Assembly: GCF_006345805.1 (NCBI RefSeq)
Contig: NC_043005.1
Span: 107,880,001 to 107,944,000, forward strand
Origin: Octopus sinensis
Taxonomy: Eukaryota
Direction: 5' to 3'
DNA: 64,000 nucleotides
Shown here: in pieces, positions 1-12,092 of the stretch
Position numbering within the stretch: the stretch's first letter is position 1
Layout of the letters: each line of letters begins with the position of its first letter
The notes under the pieces: generated by a model
Told to the model about the DNA's origin: nothing
What the model saw: the letters and a program-made list of their open reading frames with translations, nothing else
Database searches by the model: none
Position numbers and translations under genes: made by a program

Positions 1-554
1 TTGCAACCCCTCAAAATATGTTATACTCCTAAACATTTTATGCATCTCCATAAAAATGTTGTGCCTCCTTGATAATTTTCAGCCCCTCCTAAAATATTTA
101 CATTCACTTTTAATTCAAGATCTACACAGTTAATAAAAAATATTAAATCGTCAGAAAAAAATTTTATCAAGTAGTCTATCAAATTCCACACGATAATGTT
201 AAATAATCAAAAGTAAATTTTAAGGCAGAGGCAATTGAGGCTTAGAAAAGCCTCAATGACGAAGAGAAAGTTTGTTTTTTAATTTTTCTTTGAGATGTCT
301 GTTTATGAGTTTTTGAGTGAACACATACATTTGCATGCTTTCTAACATGCATAAATATATACTTTATTTACATAGAAACATACATGCATAAGCACATCTA
401 TGCCTGCATCTATACGTACATTATGCATGAATTCATACATATATATATACATGCATACATGCACACACACACACACACACACACCACACACAAACAAGCA
501 GGCACACACACTCACTCATACACACATATAGAAAGATTTGATTGGAAAATATAT

Positions 555-799
555 ACTCTACTCTTTTACTTGTTTCAGTCATTTGACTGTGGCCATGCTA
601 GAGCACTGCCTTTTAGTCGAACTAATCAACCCCAGGACTTATTCTTTGTAAGCCTAGTACTGATTCTATCGGTCTCTTTTTGCCGAACCGATAAGTTACG
701 GGGACGTAAACACACCAGCATTGGTTGTCAAGCGATGTTGGGGGTGGGGACAAACACAAACAAACAAACATATACACACATACATACATATTTATATAT

Positions 800-845
<46 letters not shown>
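555..845 (-). mobile_element. SINE family A (tRNA-derived, internal TA microsatellite), 3' half
   Basis: Reverse complement matches the 3' half of the full copy at 1165-1597 (CTTGACAACC...AATAAGTCCTGGGG...CAAATGACTGAAACAAGTAAAAGAG). Confidence 0.85.
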
Positions 846-847
<2 letters not shown>

Positions 848-1049
848 AAGTTATGGTTATGTAGGAAGTAGGGTAATCCTGCATAATGCAAAAATAAAAA
901 TACTGATGGAATATTCCAGTCAAAGCCTCTGTAAACTATAGAGTAGATAGACCAGTTTTAATAATTTGGGACACGAAAAAGAAATTATGTACAACAATCT
1001 ATAATTTGTGTATGAACAGAAATGTTACATGCTTGAAGAACGCAGTCTA

Positions 1050-1328
1050 TGAATTTAGAGGTTAGGCAAAGACTGGAAGGATATGAAGCTAGCATGCTCC
1101 CTTTGGATTTGCAAAATCAGTGCACAAAATGACAAATTGGGCATAATTGTTATCATATATACAGTAGGCGTAGGAGTGGCTGTGTGGTAAGAAGTTTACT
1201 TACCAACCACATGGCTCTGGGTTCAGTCCCACTGCATGGCACCTTGGGCAAGTGTCTTCTACTATAGCATCGGGCTGACCAAAGCCTTGTGAGTGGATTT
1301 GGCAGACGGAAACTGAAAGAAGCCTGAC

Positions 1329-1387
<59 letters not shown>

Positions 1388-1830
1388 TGTGTGTGTATAT
1401 GTGCTTGTCCCCCCAACATCGCTTGACAACCGATTGTGGTGTGTTTACGTCCCCATAACTTAGCAGTTCGGCAAAAGAGACCGATAGAATAAGTACTAGG
1501 CTTACAAATAATAAGTCCTGGGGTCAATTTGCTCGACTAAATGCAGTGCTCCAGCGTGGCCACGGTCAAATGACTGAAACAAGTAATAGAGTAAAGGACA
1601 GGCAACTATGCTGATACAGTTTTATGATGCAAATCAACAAGAATAGCTGCATAAGGAAGAGTCCATTCATAGTTGTAGAGGGAAGTCATGGAAAATAGAG
1701 ATCGAGGAAGACGTGGTACAAAGTAGTGAAGACTGACCTCAGATTGCTGAACTCATGGACGAGATAACTGTGATTCAGCATGCCCAAGAAGACCTTTACA
1801 TCTCTGTAAAAATGGGACCTAAATACATAT
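1050..1830 (+). mobile_element. Decayed RTE-clade LINE 3' fragment, interrupted by SINE A
   Basis: Translates in pieces to QRLEGYEASML..WIC (1067-1115) and RQLC*YSFMMQINKNSCIRKSPFIVVEGSHGK*RSRKTWYKVVKTDL (1600-1745). This resembles the RTE ORF C-terminus (RLRW.GHV.RM...VEG.R.RGRP.KTW...V..DL). Confidence 0.65.
1165..1597 (+). mobile_element. SINE family A, full length
   Basis: tRNA-like head with A box (TGGCTGTGTGG) and B box (GGTTCAGTCCC), CORE-like GGCACCTTGGGCAAGTG, internal (TA)n, and a conserved 3' body ending in AAGAGTAAA-like repeats. More than 15 related copies or fragments in the window. Confidence 0.9.
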
Positions 1831-2869
1831 CGTTAATGTCTATACCTCAATATCAATCTATACCTCTTAAACCTTTCCCACAACATCATAGTTACATCTA
1901 TTCTTCCTTAGCCCCTCTACCCACGGCACCATTTCCTCAGCTGCCGTATATATAAGACCAGAACTCATTTTTGTCTAAACTTGTACTGCCTTATTCAACA
2001 TTATTCTGAAAATAAATCGAAAATAAAGACTGAATTACATTCATATGGAACTGGAACAAATTCCTCCACATAATACCAGACGAAACACCTAATCTTGAAG
2101 AACGAAAACCTGCCAGATTCTGAGAGGCATGATGTCCTAAAGTATAACTTAAGAAGCCAAACCCTAAGCCTTGTGCGTGTACATGTGTGAGTGGTGTGAG
2201 TGGTGTGAGTGGTGTGAGTGTCTATGTGTGTGTGTGTGTGTGTGTGTGAGTTTGTTTGTATGCCTGCAAATGTTCATACTCTCTTATAATATATACAATA
2301 TATATACTAACTCTATTTCATTCTTGTTATATGCACAATCTACATAAGATTTTATAGATATAATTCTTATATGATGTCAGTCAGTTTAGCATGATTTATA
2401 CATACATATGTGTATGTATGTGTGTGTATATACATACATATATATGTATGTATATATATATATATATATATATATGCATACACACACACACATATTTATT
2501 TACATACACACACATATATATACACATTTATACACAGGCACATCTATGCACAGACTGTATACATCTAATTTATGTCTGATGTTGGTAAGTGTGTCAAGTC
2601 TATTTCTTGATTAATAAAATAAAGCAATTTAAATTCTATTAATAAAATTGGTTTCTTCAGCCAATTTTATCATAAACAAATTTCTTTGTTGAATTTTCCC
2701 TCCCACCCTTCCTTTCCCTCTTTTCCACCCTTTCCTCTATCTATCTTTCTTTCTTTCTTTCTTTCAGTCCATCTATTACTCTTTCTTTCCATTTTTATTC
2801 CATGCTTTCTTTTCCCGTTTTTGTTCTTGTTTTCAAATTTAATTTAATTCAGGTCACTTGAATACTACT

Positions 2870-2871
2870 AG

Positions 2872-2928
<57 letters not shown>

Positions 2929-2931
2929 TAC
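2870..2931. repeat. (TAC)n microsatellite
   Basis: Direct reading. Confidence 0.95.
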
Positions 2932-3359
2932 TTAAATAAGAACCCATTTCTGTATGGAAGCAAGGAGTTTGATTTCGTCTACTGTATGCTTCAACACACT
3001 TTATGACATATCCTTGTCTGAACTCATTATTGTTAATTATATGTCTGTGTGTGTTAATTATAGAGATAATTTGCAGAGTTTATAAAATGCAGATAAAATC
3101 TGGAATCCAAGTTAGCTTAGCCATAGGTAAACTGTGTGAGTATAATCGAATCCATTACATTGTGTTACAAAATTATTTTTGTCTTCAGTCAGTAAGTGAT
3201 ATTTCCTACTTGCTTCTATCTAGAGATCAAAGGAAATGACTACTGTTCCCTTCAAGCTTGGCTTTTGTAACCAAGACATCAATATTTTGAAACTAACCAA
3301 TTTTCCATTCCATTTCAGACAGATTCAGCGCTGAGTTACTGAATCAGAATTATCATAAT

Positions 3360-3525
3360 AGCAAATATTCTGCTCAATACCACAGATTTGCTTGTCAGTT
3401 GCTTGACCTTAACCTCTTGAGCATGTCACACAGTGGTTGACAATGTGTGCATCTCTGATCATGGGCAGGAGTAATAAGAGAGTAGCATAATCATGTGCTG
3501 AGAACGATTCTTTGGAATTTGAATA
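3360..3525. mobile_element. Fragment of interspersed repeat family G
   Basis: Similar to 7865-8030 (GCAAATATTCTGCTCAATACCACAGATTTGCTTGTCAGTTG...). Confidence 0.7.
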
Positions 3526-4045
3526 AATGAAACAAAAGCAAATTTGAAGGCAACATTAGCCATTTTTCATACTTTCTAGGGATAAGCAAATAGGAAATAA
3601 CAATTCCTACCCGAGAAAAAATCGTGAAATACAGTATAATGTTTATAGAAGAGAAATGCAAAGCAATGCATCTCTTTCCAATAAGAGGTGAAAACTCAAT
3701 GTTTCATGCATTTGGTTTTTTACAGAATTTAGTTCTCTGTCGATGATCTCAATACTGTGAGTTTGGAAACCATCTAGACTGAAATCCATCTTTCAATTTT
3801 CCAATATTATCAACCAGCAAATTAATTCAAAGAAGAAATTATAAAGCTATATTATTTCTCTATGAAATATATATATCTAAATTAGAAACTGAAGCGCTCT
3901 GTTATCTATCAATATAATTGGCAGTGTGCCTGTATTTCTTTCTGTTTATGCATCCCAAATGGGAGATAACTTTGGACTTATTGGAATTTTCTCTGTTAGT
4001 ATAGAAAGTGCAAACTAATTTGAGTGTTGCCTATTATATGAAAGT

Positions 4046-4419
4046 GAGGTGCAATGGCCCAGTGGTTAGGGCAGCAGACTTGTGGCCATAGGTTTCGATT
4101 CCCAGTCCGGGCATTGTGAGTATTTATTGAGTGAAAACATCTAAAGCTCCATTAGGCTCCAGCAGGGTGTGGTGGCGAACCCTGCTGTAGTCTTTCACCA
4201 CATCTTTCTCTCAGTCTTTCTTCCTGTTTCTGTTGTACCAGAATTTCAAAAGGCCAGCCCTGTCACACTCTATGTCACACACTGAATCTCCCCGAGAACT
4301 ACATTAAGAGTACACATGTCTGTGGAGTGCTCAGCCACTTGAACTTTAATTTCGCAAGTAGGCTGTTCCATTGATCGGATCAAATGGAACCCTCATCGTC
4401 GTAACCAACGAAGTGCCAC
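4046..4419 (+). mobile_element. SINE family C (tRNA-Arg-like head, probably OR-type octopus SINE), tail type 1
   Basis: Head GAGGTGCAATGGCCCAGTGGTTAGGGCAGCAGAC...GGTTTCGATTCCC, shared with 23061, 38748(-), 53746 and 55215(-). Confidence 0.85.
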
Positions 4420-4702
4420 ATTTATATGATAGATAATGCAGGGAACATGCTATTACCACTGAATGTAGTAATAAATAATAGATGAAAAGTAGTTCTGTTA
4501 TCAATGACATATTTATTTTTAAAAAATGACATACGACCAAGAAACTTGTTCTAATCTTAATTTAACTTTATTTTAAAAGTATTCAGATCTTATGTGGTTG
4601 TAGGTGTGATAGTTATAATGATGATGATGATCTATAATATTGGCCCAAACCTGCAATTTTGGCAGTACACTGATGATTAACTGGAATATTTTATTTCACA
4701 CC

Positions 4703-4978
4703 AACGTCGCCTTACTGGCACCTGTGCCGGTAGCATGTGTAAAAAGATTCGAGCGAGGTCATTGCCAGTACTGCCTGACTGGCTCCCGTGCCGGTGGCAT
4801 GTAAAAAGCACCCACTACACTCTCGGAGTGGTTGGCGTTAGGAAAGGCATCCAGCTGTAGAAACTCTGCCAGATCAAGATTGGAGCCTGGTGCAGCCATC
4901 TGGTTCGCCAGCCCTCAGTCAAAATCGTCCAACCTATGCTAGCATGGAAAGCGGACGTTAAACGATGATGATGATGAG
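4703..4978 (+). mobile_element. Repeat family F (SINE/RTE-associated 3' end with (GAT)n tail)
   Basis: GTGCCGGTGGCATGTAAAAAGCACC...GGCATCCAGCTGTAGAAAC...CATGGAAAGCGGACGTTAAACGATGATG. Related copies at 16530-16790, 39140-39380, 53080-53215. Confidence 0.8.
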
Positions 4979-6704
4979 GTACCAGTAATATACGAAGATT
5001 CTAACTGTCTGTTATTTCTTTACTTAAATAACTAATTTTTATTGTTTTGTTATTTTTGTTATTTTTGTTTCTTTTATCTATTTCATAATAATGTTGGGTT
5101 GAAATTAAATCATTTTTTTACAGAACAAAGACGTGATATTTATGTATATAAGTGTCTGCGTATATATCTGTATGTGCATGTGTATATACATGTGTGAGCA
5201 TGCATCTGGTATATGCATGTATGTATTATGCAGAAATAACTGAGGAGAAAAAAATTATCAGAACACATTAAAATACTAGTAACAATTTTGAGACAAAAAT
5301 TGATTCAAAATAATGAGAAACAAAAGAGAAATTTGAATAGCAAAGAAGAAAACAAAAAGAAAAAAATCACTAAACAATAACAACAACAACAGCAACAACA
5401 ATGGAACTGATTGAATTTTAATTTTCTAAATCTACAAAATATTGAAAGTAAACATTGTTTAATGTTCTCATTTATATTCTTATATTTCGTGCGAAAATGT
5501 TACAGGTGACAAAATACTAAATCATATTTTTCAATTTATCATCAAAGCATACGTTATATAAAAAAATGATTATCTTTTTTAAAAATCAAACAATGCCATT
5601 TGACAATAAATTAATTAAATTCAACAAATTCTTAATGTTGTGTGAATAATTAACATCATAATAGCACTTTTAAAGAGAAAATTCTATGTCTTATTAGACT
5701 TTTATTTATATATTTTTACATTGTCTAGAGAGAATTTAGTAGAAAAATAAATCATTAAATTCAAGTACAAAATAAATAGTAAGTTTATACCACTGTTATT
5801 TTCAGTAATGAATATTCTTGTCTTCAATCATTAGAATTACCTACTCAACTTACAGTGTTGTTTGTTTAACTAAAGAATCCATTTATTCAATTATAGTACA
5901 AGTGGCCGAATATACCACAGATACTTATGTCCTTAAATTATAAAATATATTCTTTTTCTTGTGGATGTAGCTTTTTTACACATGTTTGTGCTGCATTTGT
6001 TAATGTCCATATTTGTGTTATGTGGGATGAGGTCAGCAGCTGGGGAGCTGACCGGAACTTGGGGTTGACCAGAAGAGAAAGAGGCAGGAGTGACATGCGC
6101 GCAGGCAGGGGAGCATTGGGCCTTTTCGATTGGGGTAGCTGACAGAACTAGATGTTGTGTGAGTGCTTTGTCAAGGTAGGAGAAAAGCAGCTGCTATTTC
6201 TAGCGTTTGGGTCGGGCCACGTGGAAAGGTGCATTACCACTGAAGAGGTCTGTGTCGACGAGGAGAAGATAGGTGTCCTTATTTCAAATCTGTCACATAC
6301 ACCACATGTTAGAAATTAGTAAAGCCATGGCCAAGTGGTTATGGATGTCAGAACCATGAAGGCACATGTTCAATTATACTGTGTGGCACCTTGAATGGGA
6401 ATCTACCATATTTCTGGGTTTGCCCAGAAAAATTAAGTGAAATAAGGAAAAATAAAACTGTATGGAAGTCCATTGAATGAAGCTAACCTGTAATTTAATG
6501 ATTCAAACACCACCATTGTTATATACAGCGCCATACTTATTCTGCTTGAAAATTACTTTAATGCTTTCTTTAAAATGGAACTAAATTCTTCAAAAATTGG
6601 TTTCTCATTCTAATAGGCTTGACAGAAGTGACGGAAATGATGAGAGAGGGAAAGTGTAATGGGGAGTGAGAGATAACTGAAGAAGGAGTTGGGAAGCTCC
6701 ACAA

Positions 6705-6925
6705 AAAGAAGAAGAAATGAAGGAGGAGGAAGAGGAGGAAGAGAAGGAGAAGTAGAAGAAGAAGAAGAAGAACGAGAAAAAGAAGAAGAAGAAGAAGAAG
6801 AAGAAAAAGAAGAAGAAGTGAAGGAGGAGAAAGAGGAGGAAGAGGAGAAGAAGAAGAAGAAAAGAAGAAGAAGAAGAAGAAGAAGAAGAAGAAGAAGAAG
6901 AAGAAGAAGAAGAAGACGAAGAAGA
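6705..6925. repeat. (GAA/GAG)n polypurine tract
   Basis: Direct reading. Source of the poly-E/R/K/L/F ORFs. Confidence 0.95.
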
Positions 6926-7309
6926 GCAGCAAATAAAATAACAATACTTATGACAAGTAGAAACATATTCTTTTCAAGAAGGAAAGATACAAACAAGATA
7001 ATATTCCCCACTCCCACCACCATCATAGTAATCATTATCATCATCATCATCATCATTGTCATCCTCATCATGAGCTTCAGAGTTTCATCATGAAAACTAA
7101 AAATTATAAGTGGGAAAACACAGAAGACAAAATTCTATAGAAATACACAAATAGATCGATAAAAATACTAATTCAAAAAAAATATATTATTATGAACAAT
7201 AGTGATGATGATGATGATGATGATGATTATGATGGTGACAATTACTTTTATATGATGTTCAGGTTAATAACAACAACAACAATAACAACAACGATAATAA
7301 TATTAAAGA

Positions 7310-7745
7310 TTTCAAATTTTGGCACAAGACCAGCAAATTTAGTGTTTGAGATAAGTTTGATTACATCGACCCAAGTGTTCAAATTGTACTTATTTAATCA
7401 GCCCTGAAAGGATGAAAAGGCAAAGTCAGCCTTGATGGAATTTGAACTCGGAATGTAACGGGTGAGAAAATGTCATTCAGCATTGTGTTCAGAATGCTAA
7501 CGATTCTGCCAACTTGTTGTTGCCTTAATAATGATTTCAAATTTTGTCACAAGGCCAGCAGTTCTGGGGCTGGGGGCATAAGTCGATTGCATCAAACTCA
7601 CTGATCGAGTGGTACTTATTTTATTGACTATAAAGGATGAAAGATAAAGTCGAATTTGAATTTGAACTTGGAATGTAAGGACAGATGAAATGCTGGTAAG
7701 AACTTTGACCAGTGTGCTAACAATTCTGCCAGCTTACTGCCTTAG
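7310..7745 (-). mobile_element. Two diverged SINE family B copies (Nin/Deu-like domain, alternative tail)
   Basis: Reverse strand shows GGCAGAATCGTTAGCA...GAGTTCAAATTC...CTTTCATCCTTT and tail GCTGGYCTTGTGMCAAAATTTGAAA. A third copy lies at 8980-9190. Confidence 0.7.
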
Positions 7746-7768
7746 TTGTTGCCTTAATAATAATGATT

Positions 7769-7803
<35 letters not shown>

Positions 7804-7844
7804 AATAATAAAACTGACTGGAAGTGTTATCATTGTTTTATCTT

Positions 7845-8298
7845 GGTATAAAAGAGGGGTTACAGCAAATACTCTGCTCAATACCACAGATTTACTTGTC
7901 AGTTGTTTGACCATAACCAGTTAAGCATGTCCTTTAGTGGCTAAAAATATGTGCTTCTCTAAGCACGAGAAATAGTGGGGGAGCATCACAGCCTTGTGTT
8001 GAGAGGAATTCTTTGGGGTTTGGATAATTCACTTGTGGAAACATGGATGATTTGTTCAACATCCTTAAACAACCCTTAATCAAGGATGTTTTTAGTGGGA
8101 TGAGATACTTTTCCTGAAGAAAATTCTAACTGGGCCCCACCGGCAAAGTCATGCGTTGTTTATCATGATATAAGATCACTATGTCGCTCACATATATTTG
8201 AGATGCATGTACCTGGTGCACCCTTATCAGATGGATATACTGAGCTTCATATATTTTACCCCAGTGTTACTTCAATAGGATGCACTGCTCTCTCACAC

Positions 8299-8300
<2 letters not shown>
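7845..8300 (+). mobile_element. Interspersed repeat family G ending in (AAT)n
   Basis: Matches the 3360-3525 fragment and terminates in an (AAT)n tail. Confidence 0.65.
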
Positions 8301-8332
<32 letters not shown>

Positions 8333-8387
8333 TAATAATAATAATAATAATAATAATGATAATAACAAAAGTAATAATAATGATAAT

Positions 8388-8885
8388 TCTCTCAACACCT
8401 ATAGAACGATACAGGCTAATTGACCAGACATGGTCATTAAAGACAATGAAGAAAATACTTGTAGACTAATAGACGTAGGAGTTCCCATTGATAAAAATAC
8501 ATCTGTAAAGGAAGTTGACAAACTAAATAAATATAAGGACCTGAAAATTAAAATACAAAAGATGTGGCATCTTAAAGTGAGAACTTTTCTTGTTATTGTG
8601 GGTGCCCTAAGAAAGGGATGGCAAAAATATCTAGACAAGATCCCAGGAGGCCCATGTCTCAGAGAAATCCTGAAGATTGCAGTGACAAGTACTGCCTACA
8701 TCCTTAGAAAAACCCTATCAATCTAAATGTTTATATTGTATTGCATGAAGATATTTCGCTACTGCCCTGGCACTTCCCCTCCCTAAGCTTTCAGTAATAC
8801 TGTAACATCTCTTATCCTTCATTCACCTTAGGACCCTGGGTGTGTCTCGGCGAATGATTGTAACAAACAGGCTGATTAAAAATAA
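8388..8885 (+). mobile_element. 5'-truncated R4/Dong-type non-LTR retrotransposon: restriction-like endonuclease C-terminus plus 3'UTR
   Basis: TYRTIQAN*PDMVIKDNEENTCRLIDVGVP...EVDKLNKYKDL...VIVGALR...AVTSTAYILRKTL* follows the (R)PD-x12-D...K..KY RLE pattern. A TGA replaces the Arg of RPD. (TAA)n on both sides. Confidence 0.85.
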
Positions 8886-9189
8886 GTAATAATAATAATA
8901 ATAATGATAATAATAATAATAATTATAATAACGATAATATTAATAATAATAATTATAATAACGATAATAATAATAATAAAGGTTTCAAATTTTGGCACAA
9001 GGCTAACAGTTTTGGGGGAGGAGATGAGTTGATTACATTGACTCCAGTGCTCAATTGGTGCTTATTTTATCAAACACAAAAGGATGAAAAGCAAAATTGA
9101 CCTTGGTGGAGTTTGAACTCAGAATGGATGAAATGCCACCATGCATTTTGCTCAATATGATAACAATTCTGCAAGCTTGCTTGATGCCT

Positions 9190-9209
9190 TAATAATAATA
9201 ATAATAATA

Positions 9210-9256
<47 letters not shown>

Positions 9257-9327
9257 GTGATAATGATAATAACAATAATAATAATAATAATAATAATGAT
9301 AATAATGATAATAACAATAATAATATG

Positions 9328-9424
<97 letters not shown>

Positions 9425-9518
9425 TAATAATGATACTAATAATAATAATAATGATAATAACAATAATAATAATGATAATAATAATAATAATAATAACAAC
9501 AAGAACAACAACAACAAC

Positions 9519-9576
<58 letters not shown>

Positions 9577-9600
9577 TAATAATAATAATGACTGTAACAA
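9190..9600. repeat. (AAT)n microsatellite
   Basis: Direct reading. Confidence 0.95.
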
Positions 9601-9979
9601 CAACAACAAAAGCAGAATAATAGAAAAGTAATCTGAAATAATATCTGAGATATTAAATGAAAAAAACGAAAAAGAATCATTTTCTAAAGTCCGTCCTAAT
9701 CAAGGAATTGCCAAAATGTTATAATCAAGTTTACTGGTTGCTTTGTTTGGCTGATTTGGTATAATTTTGGCAGGAATTCAGAAAGTTGTGCTGTCTCTTC
9801 TTTGTTACCTCGGCCAATTCTCTGGTATATATCTACAGCTTGCCATAAATCGGATGAATAATTAAAATATATATATAATATGTGTGATATTGTCTGTGTA
9901 TATAAATATATATATGTTTATATGTGTATGTATGTGTGTATGTGACTGCAAACATACAAACAAACATATATACATGTAT

Positions 9980-10010
<31 letters not shown>

Positions 10011-10011
10011 G

Positions 10012-10042
<31 letters not shown>

Positions 10043-10133
10043 TATACATGTATGTATATATTTTGTTTTATATATACATATATGTATGTATATACATACA
10101 CACACATACGTATATATATACATATACACACAC

Positions 10134-10179
<46 letters not shown>

Positions 10180-10272
10180 GCATATATATATATAAGTGTA
10201 TGTACGTATTTTGTTTTATATATACATATATGTATGTGTATACATACACACACATATATATATATATATATG

Positions 10273-10315
<43 letters not shown>

Positions 10316-10715
10316 GCATGTGTATATGTATATGTATATATATATGTGTATATCTATATAAGTGTTTGTATAGATGCATGTATGTAGACTACAGTTCCAC
10401 TTTTATTCAAATACAGAGTAGCTTCATTGACATTGGTCCATAATATTGTTCTTCATGTTATACTCCTACACATTGTTTTTTTAGATTTCAGATTAATTGG
10501 GACAAGGACGTGGAGTTGGTCCTGTTCATCACCTAAATGAGTTCAGATGATGATAATATCAGTTTTTGAATATACTAGAAGAGAGTCATAACTTTTCTTT
10601 GATGATTTTTTCTTCTTTTATTTCTTTGTGCCTGTATTTTTGTATAATAATAATTAATTCTGTGTAAATTCCCACTGTTTTGCTATTTAGTGAACGTAGT
10701 ATCCCCTTATCCAAA

Positions 10716-10792
<77 letters not shown>

Positions 10793-10918
10793 TACTACTA
10801 CTACTACTACTGCTACTACTACTACTACTACTGCTGCTGCTACTACAACTACTACTAATTTCTCTGCTGTGGTTGCTGCTGTGGCTGTGGCTGCTGCTGC
10901 TGCTGTTGTTGTTGTTGT

Positions 10919-11110
10919 TAAGTAACAAGACGGGTAAGGGTGATTAGGTGATGTTCTAGGGCTTAGGGGCGGAAGACCCCAGACCTTGGAAAAAATAAAC
11001 TTTGATCGTCTTGTTTTAGTCGAGGGCTCTGCGTTGACGCCCGACACCAGGGGGGGGTGGCCCTCGAAGTCGCTGGAAATGGAGACCTCCAGGTTCAAAT
11101 TCTTGAACGG
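10919..11110 (-). mobile_element. ~190-bp structured interspersed element X, copy 1
   Basis: Closely similar to 33543-33731(+) and 38781-38935(-). Ends in (AAC)n and is embedded in CAN triplet repeats. Confidence 0.8.
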
Positions 11111-11562
11111 ATGGTGCTGGTGCTGATGCTGATGCCGATAATGATGACAATGATAATTATAACGTTGATAAAATCACCTACTTTATATGGATGACCTCAA
11201 AATATATTTTTTTAAATGAGACAGGCTTGGATTCTGTAATCCAAACTGTGAGAATATTCAGTAAAGACACTGGAATGTAGTTTGGGGTAGATATATGTAT
11301 ACAGTGCTTCTGCAGATGTGCTAAGCACTGGTGTGATCATAGTTTAATCAATAAGCGTAGCAACGAGGTAAATGTAGTAAAAATAGGGTGGGGCCACTGG
11401 GGCCACAATTAGGTTGCCCTTAAAAATATAGACCCACTTAGGACATTCCCTGGGATTAGGAGAGTTGGTGGTTTGAGTTTCATTGTCTTTGCACAAAGAG
11501 TCTAGGAGTTAACGAACATAAAAACATAACAGGCAGAGAAACATCACTTTAAATATATTTAA

Positions 11563-11723
11563 AGGCACAGGAGCAGCTGTGAGGTAAGTAGCTTGATTCC
11601 TAATCACATGGTTCTGGGTTCAGTTCCACTGCATGTCATCTTGGGCAAGTGTCTTCTACTATCGCCTCAGGCCGACCAATGCCTTGTGAGCGGATTTGGT
11701 AAACAGAAGCTGAAACAAGCCTG

Positions 11724-11775
<52 letters not shown>

Positions 11776-11990
11776 ATGTGTGTGTATGTGTTTGTACATC
11801 GCTATTTGTCTCCTACCATCACTTAACAACCGATGTTGGTGTGTTTACGTACCCGTAACTTAGCGGTTCAGCAGAAGAACTGATAGAATAAGTACTAGGC
11901 ACATAGAGAATAAGTCCTGGGTCCAATTTGTTTGACTAAAGCAGTACTCCAGCATGGTCGCAGTCAAGTGACTGAAACAAGTAAAAGAAA
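11563..11990 (+). mobile_element. SINE family A, full length
   Basis: Colinear with 1165-1597. Confidence 0.9.
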
Positions 11991-12092
11991 AGAACAAATA
12001 TATATATATTGAATATATATATGTTCATATACATAAATAATATATATATATACATCCATAGGTGCAGGTGTGGCTATGTGGTAAGAAGCTTG

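Noticed and set aside
4046-4120. tRNA-like sequences at SINE heads
   Set aside because: They continue into SINE bodies and lack intact cloverleafs, so they are not tRNA genes.
6014-6297. GC-richer segment bounded by TGT...ACA (solo LTR?), containing CTGAAGAG-GTC..GAC-GAGG (hammerhead-like)
   Set aside because: No TSD and no second copy. GAGG replaces GAAA and there is no helix I, so neither call is supportable.
9774-10560. Candidate small exons (AG|GAATTCAG...CTG|GT at ~9774-9824; strong acceptor at ~10485)
   Set aside because: Splice-like signals are present, but the peptides are unrecognisable and no consistent gene model emerges.
10930-10970. TTAGGG-like words in element X (telomeric repeat or telomerase RNA?)
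   Set aside because: Only one or two imperfect units, with no tandem array or proper template.
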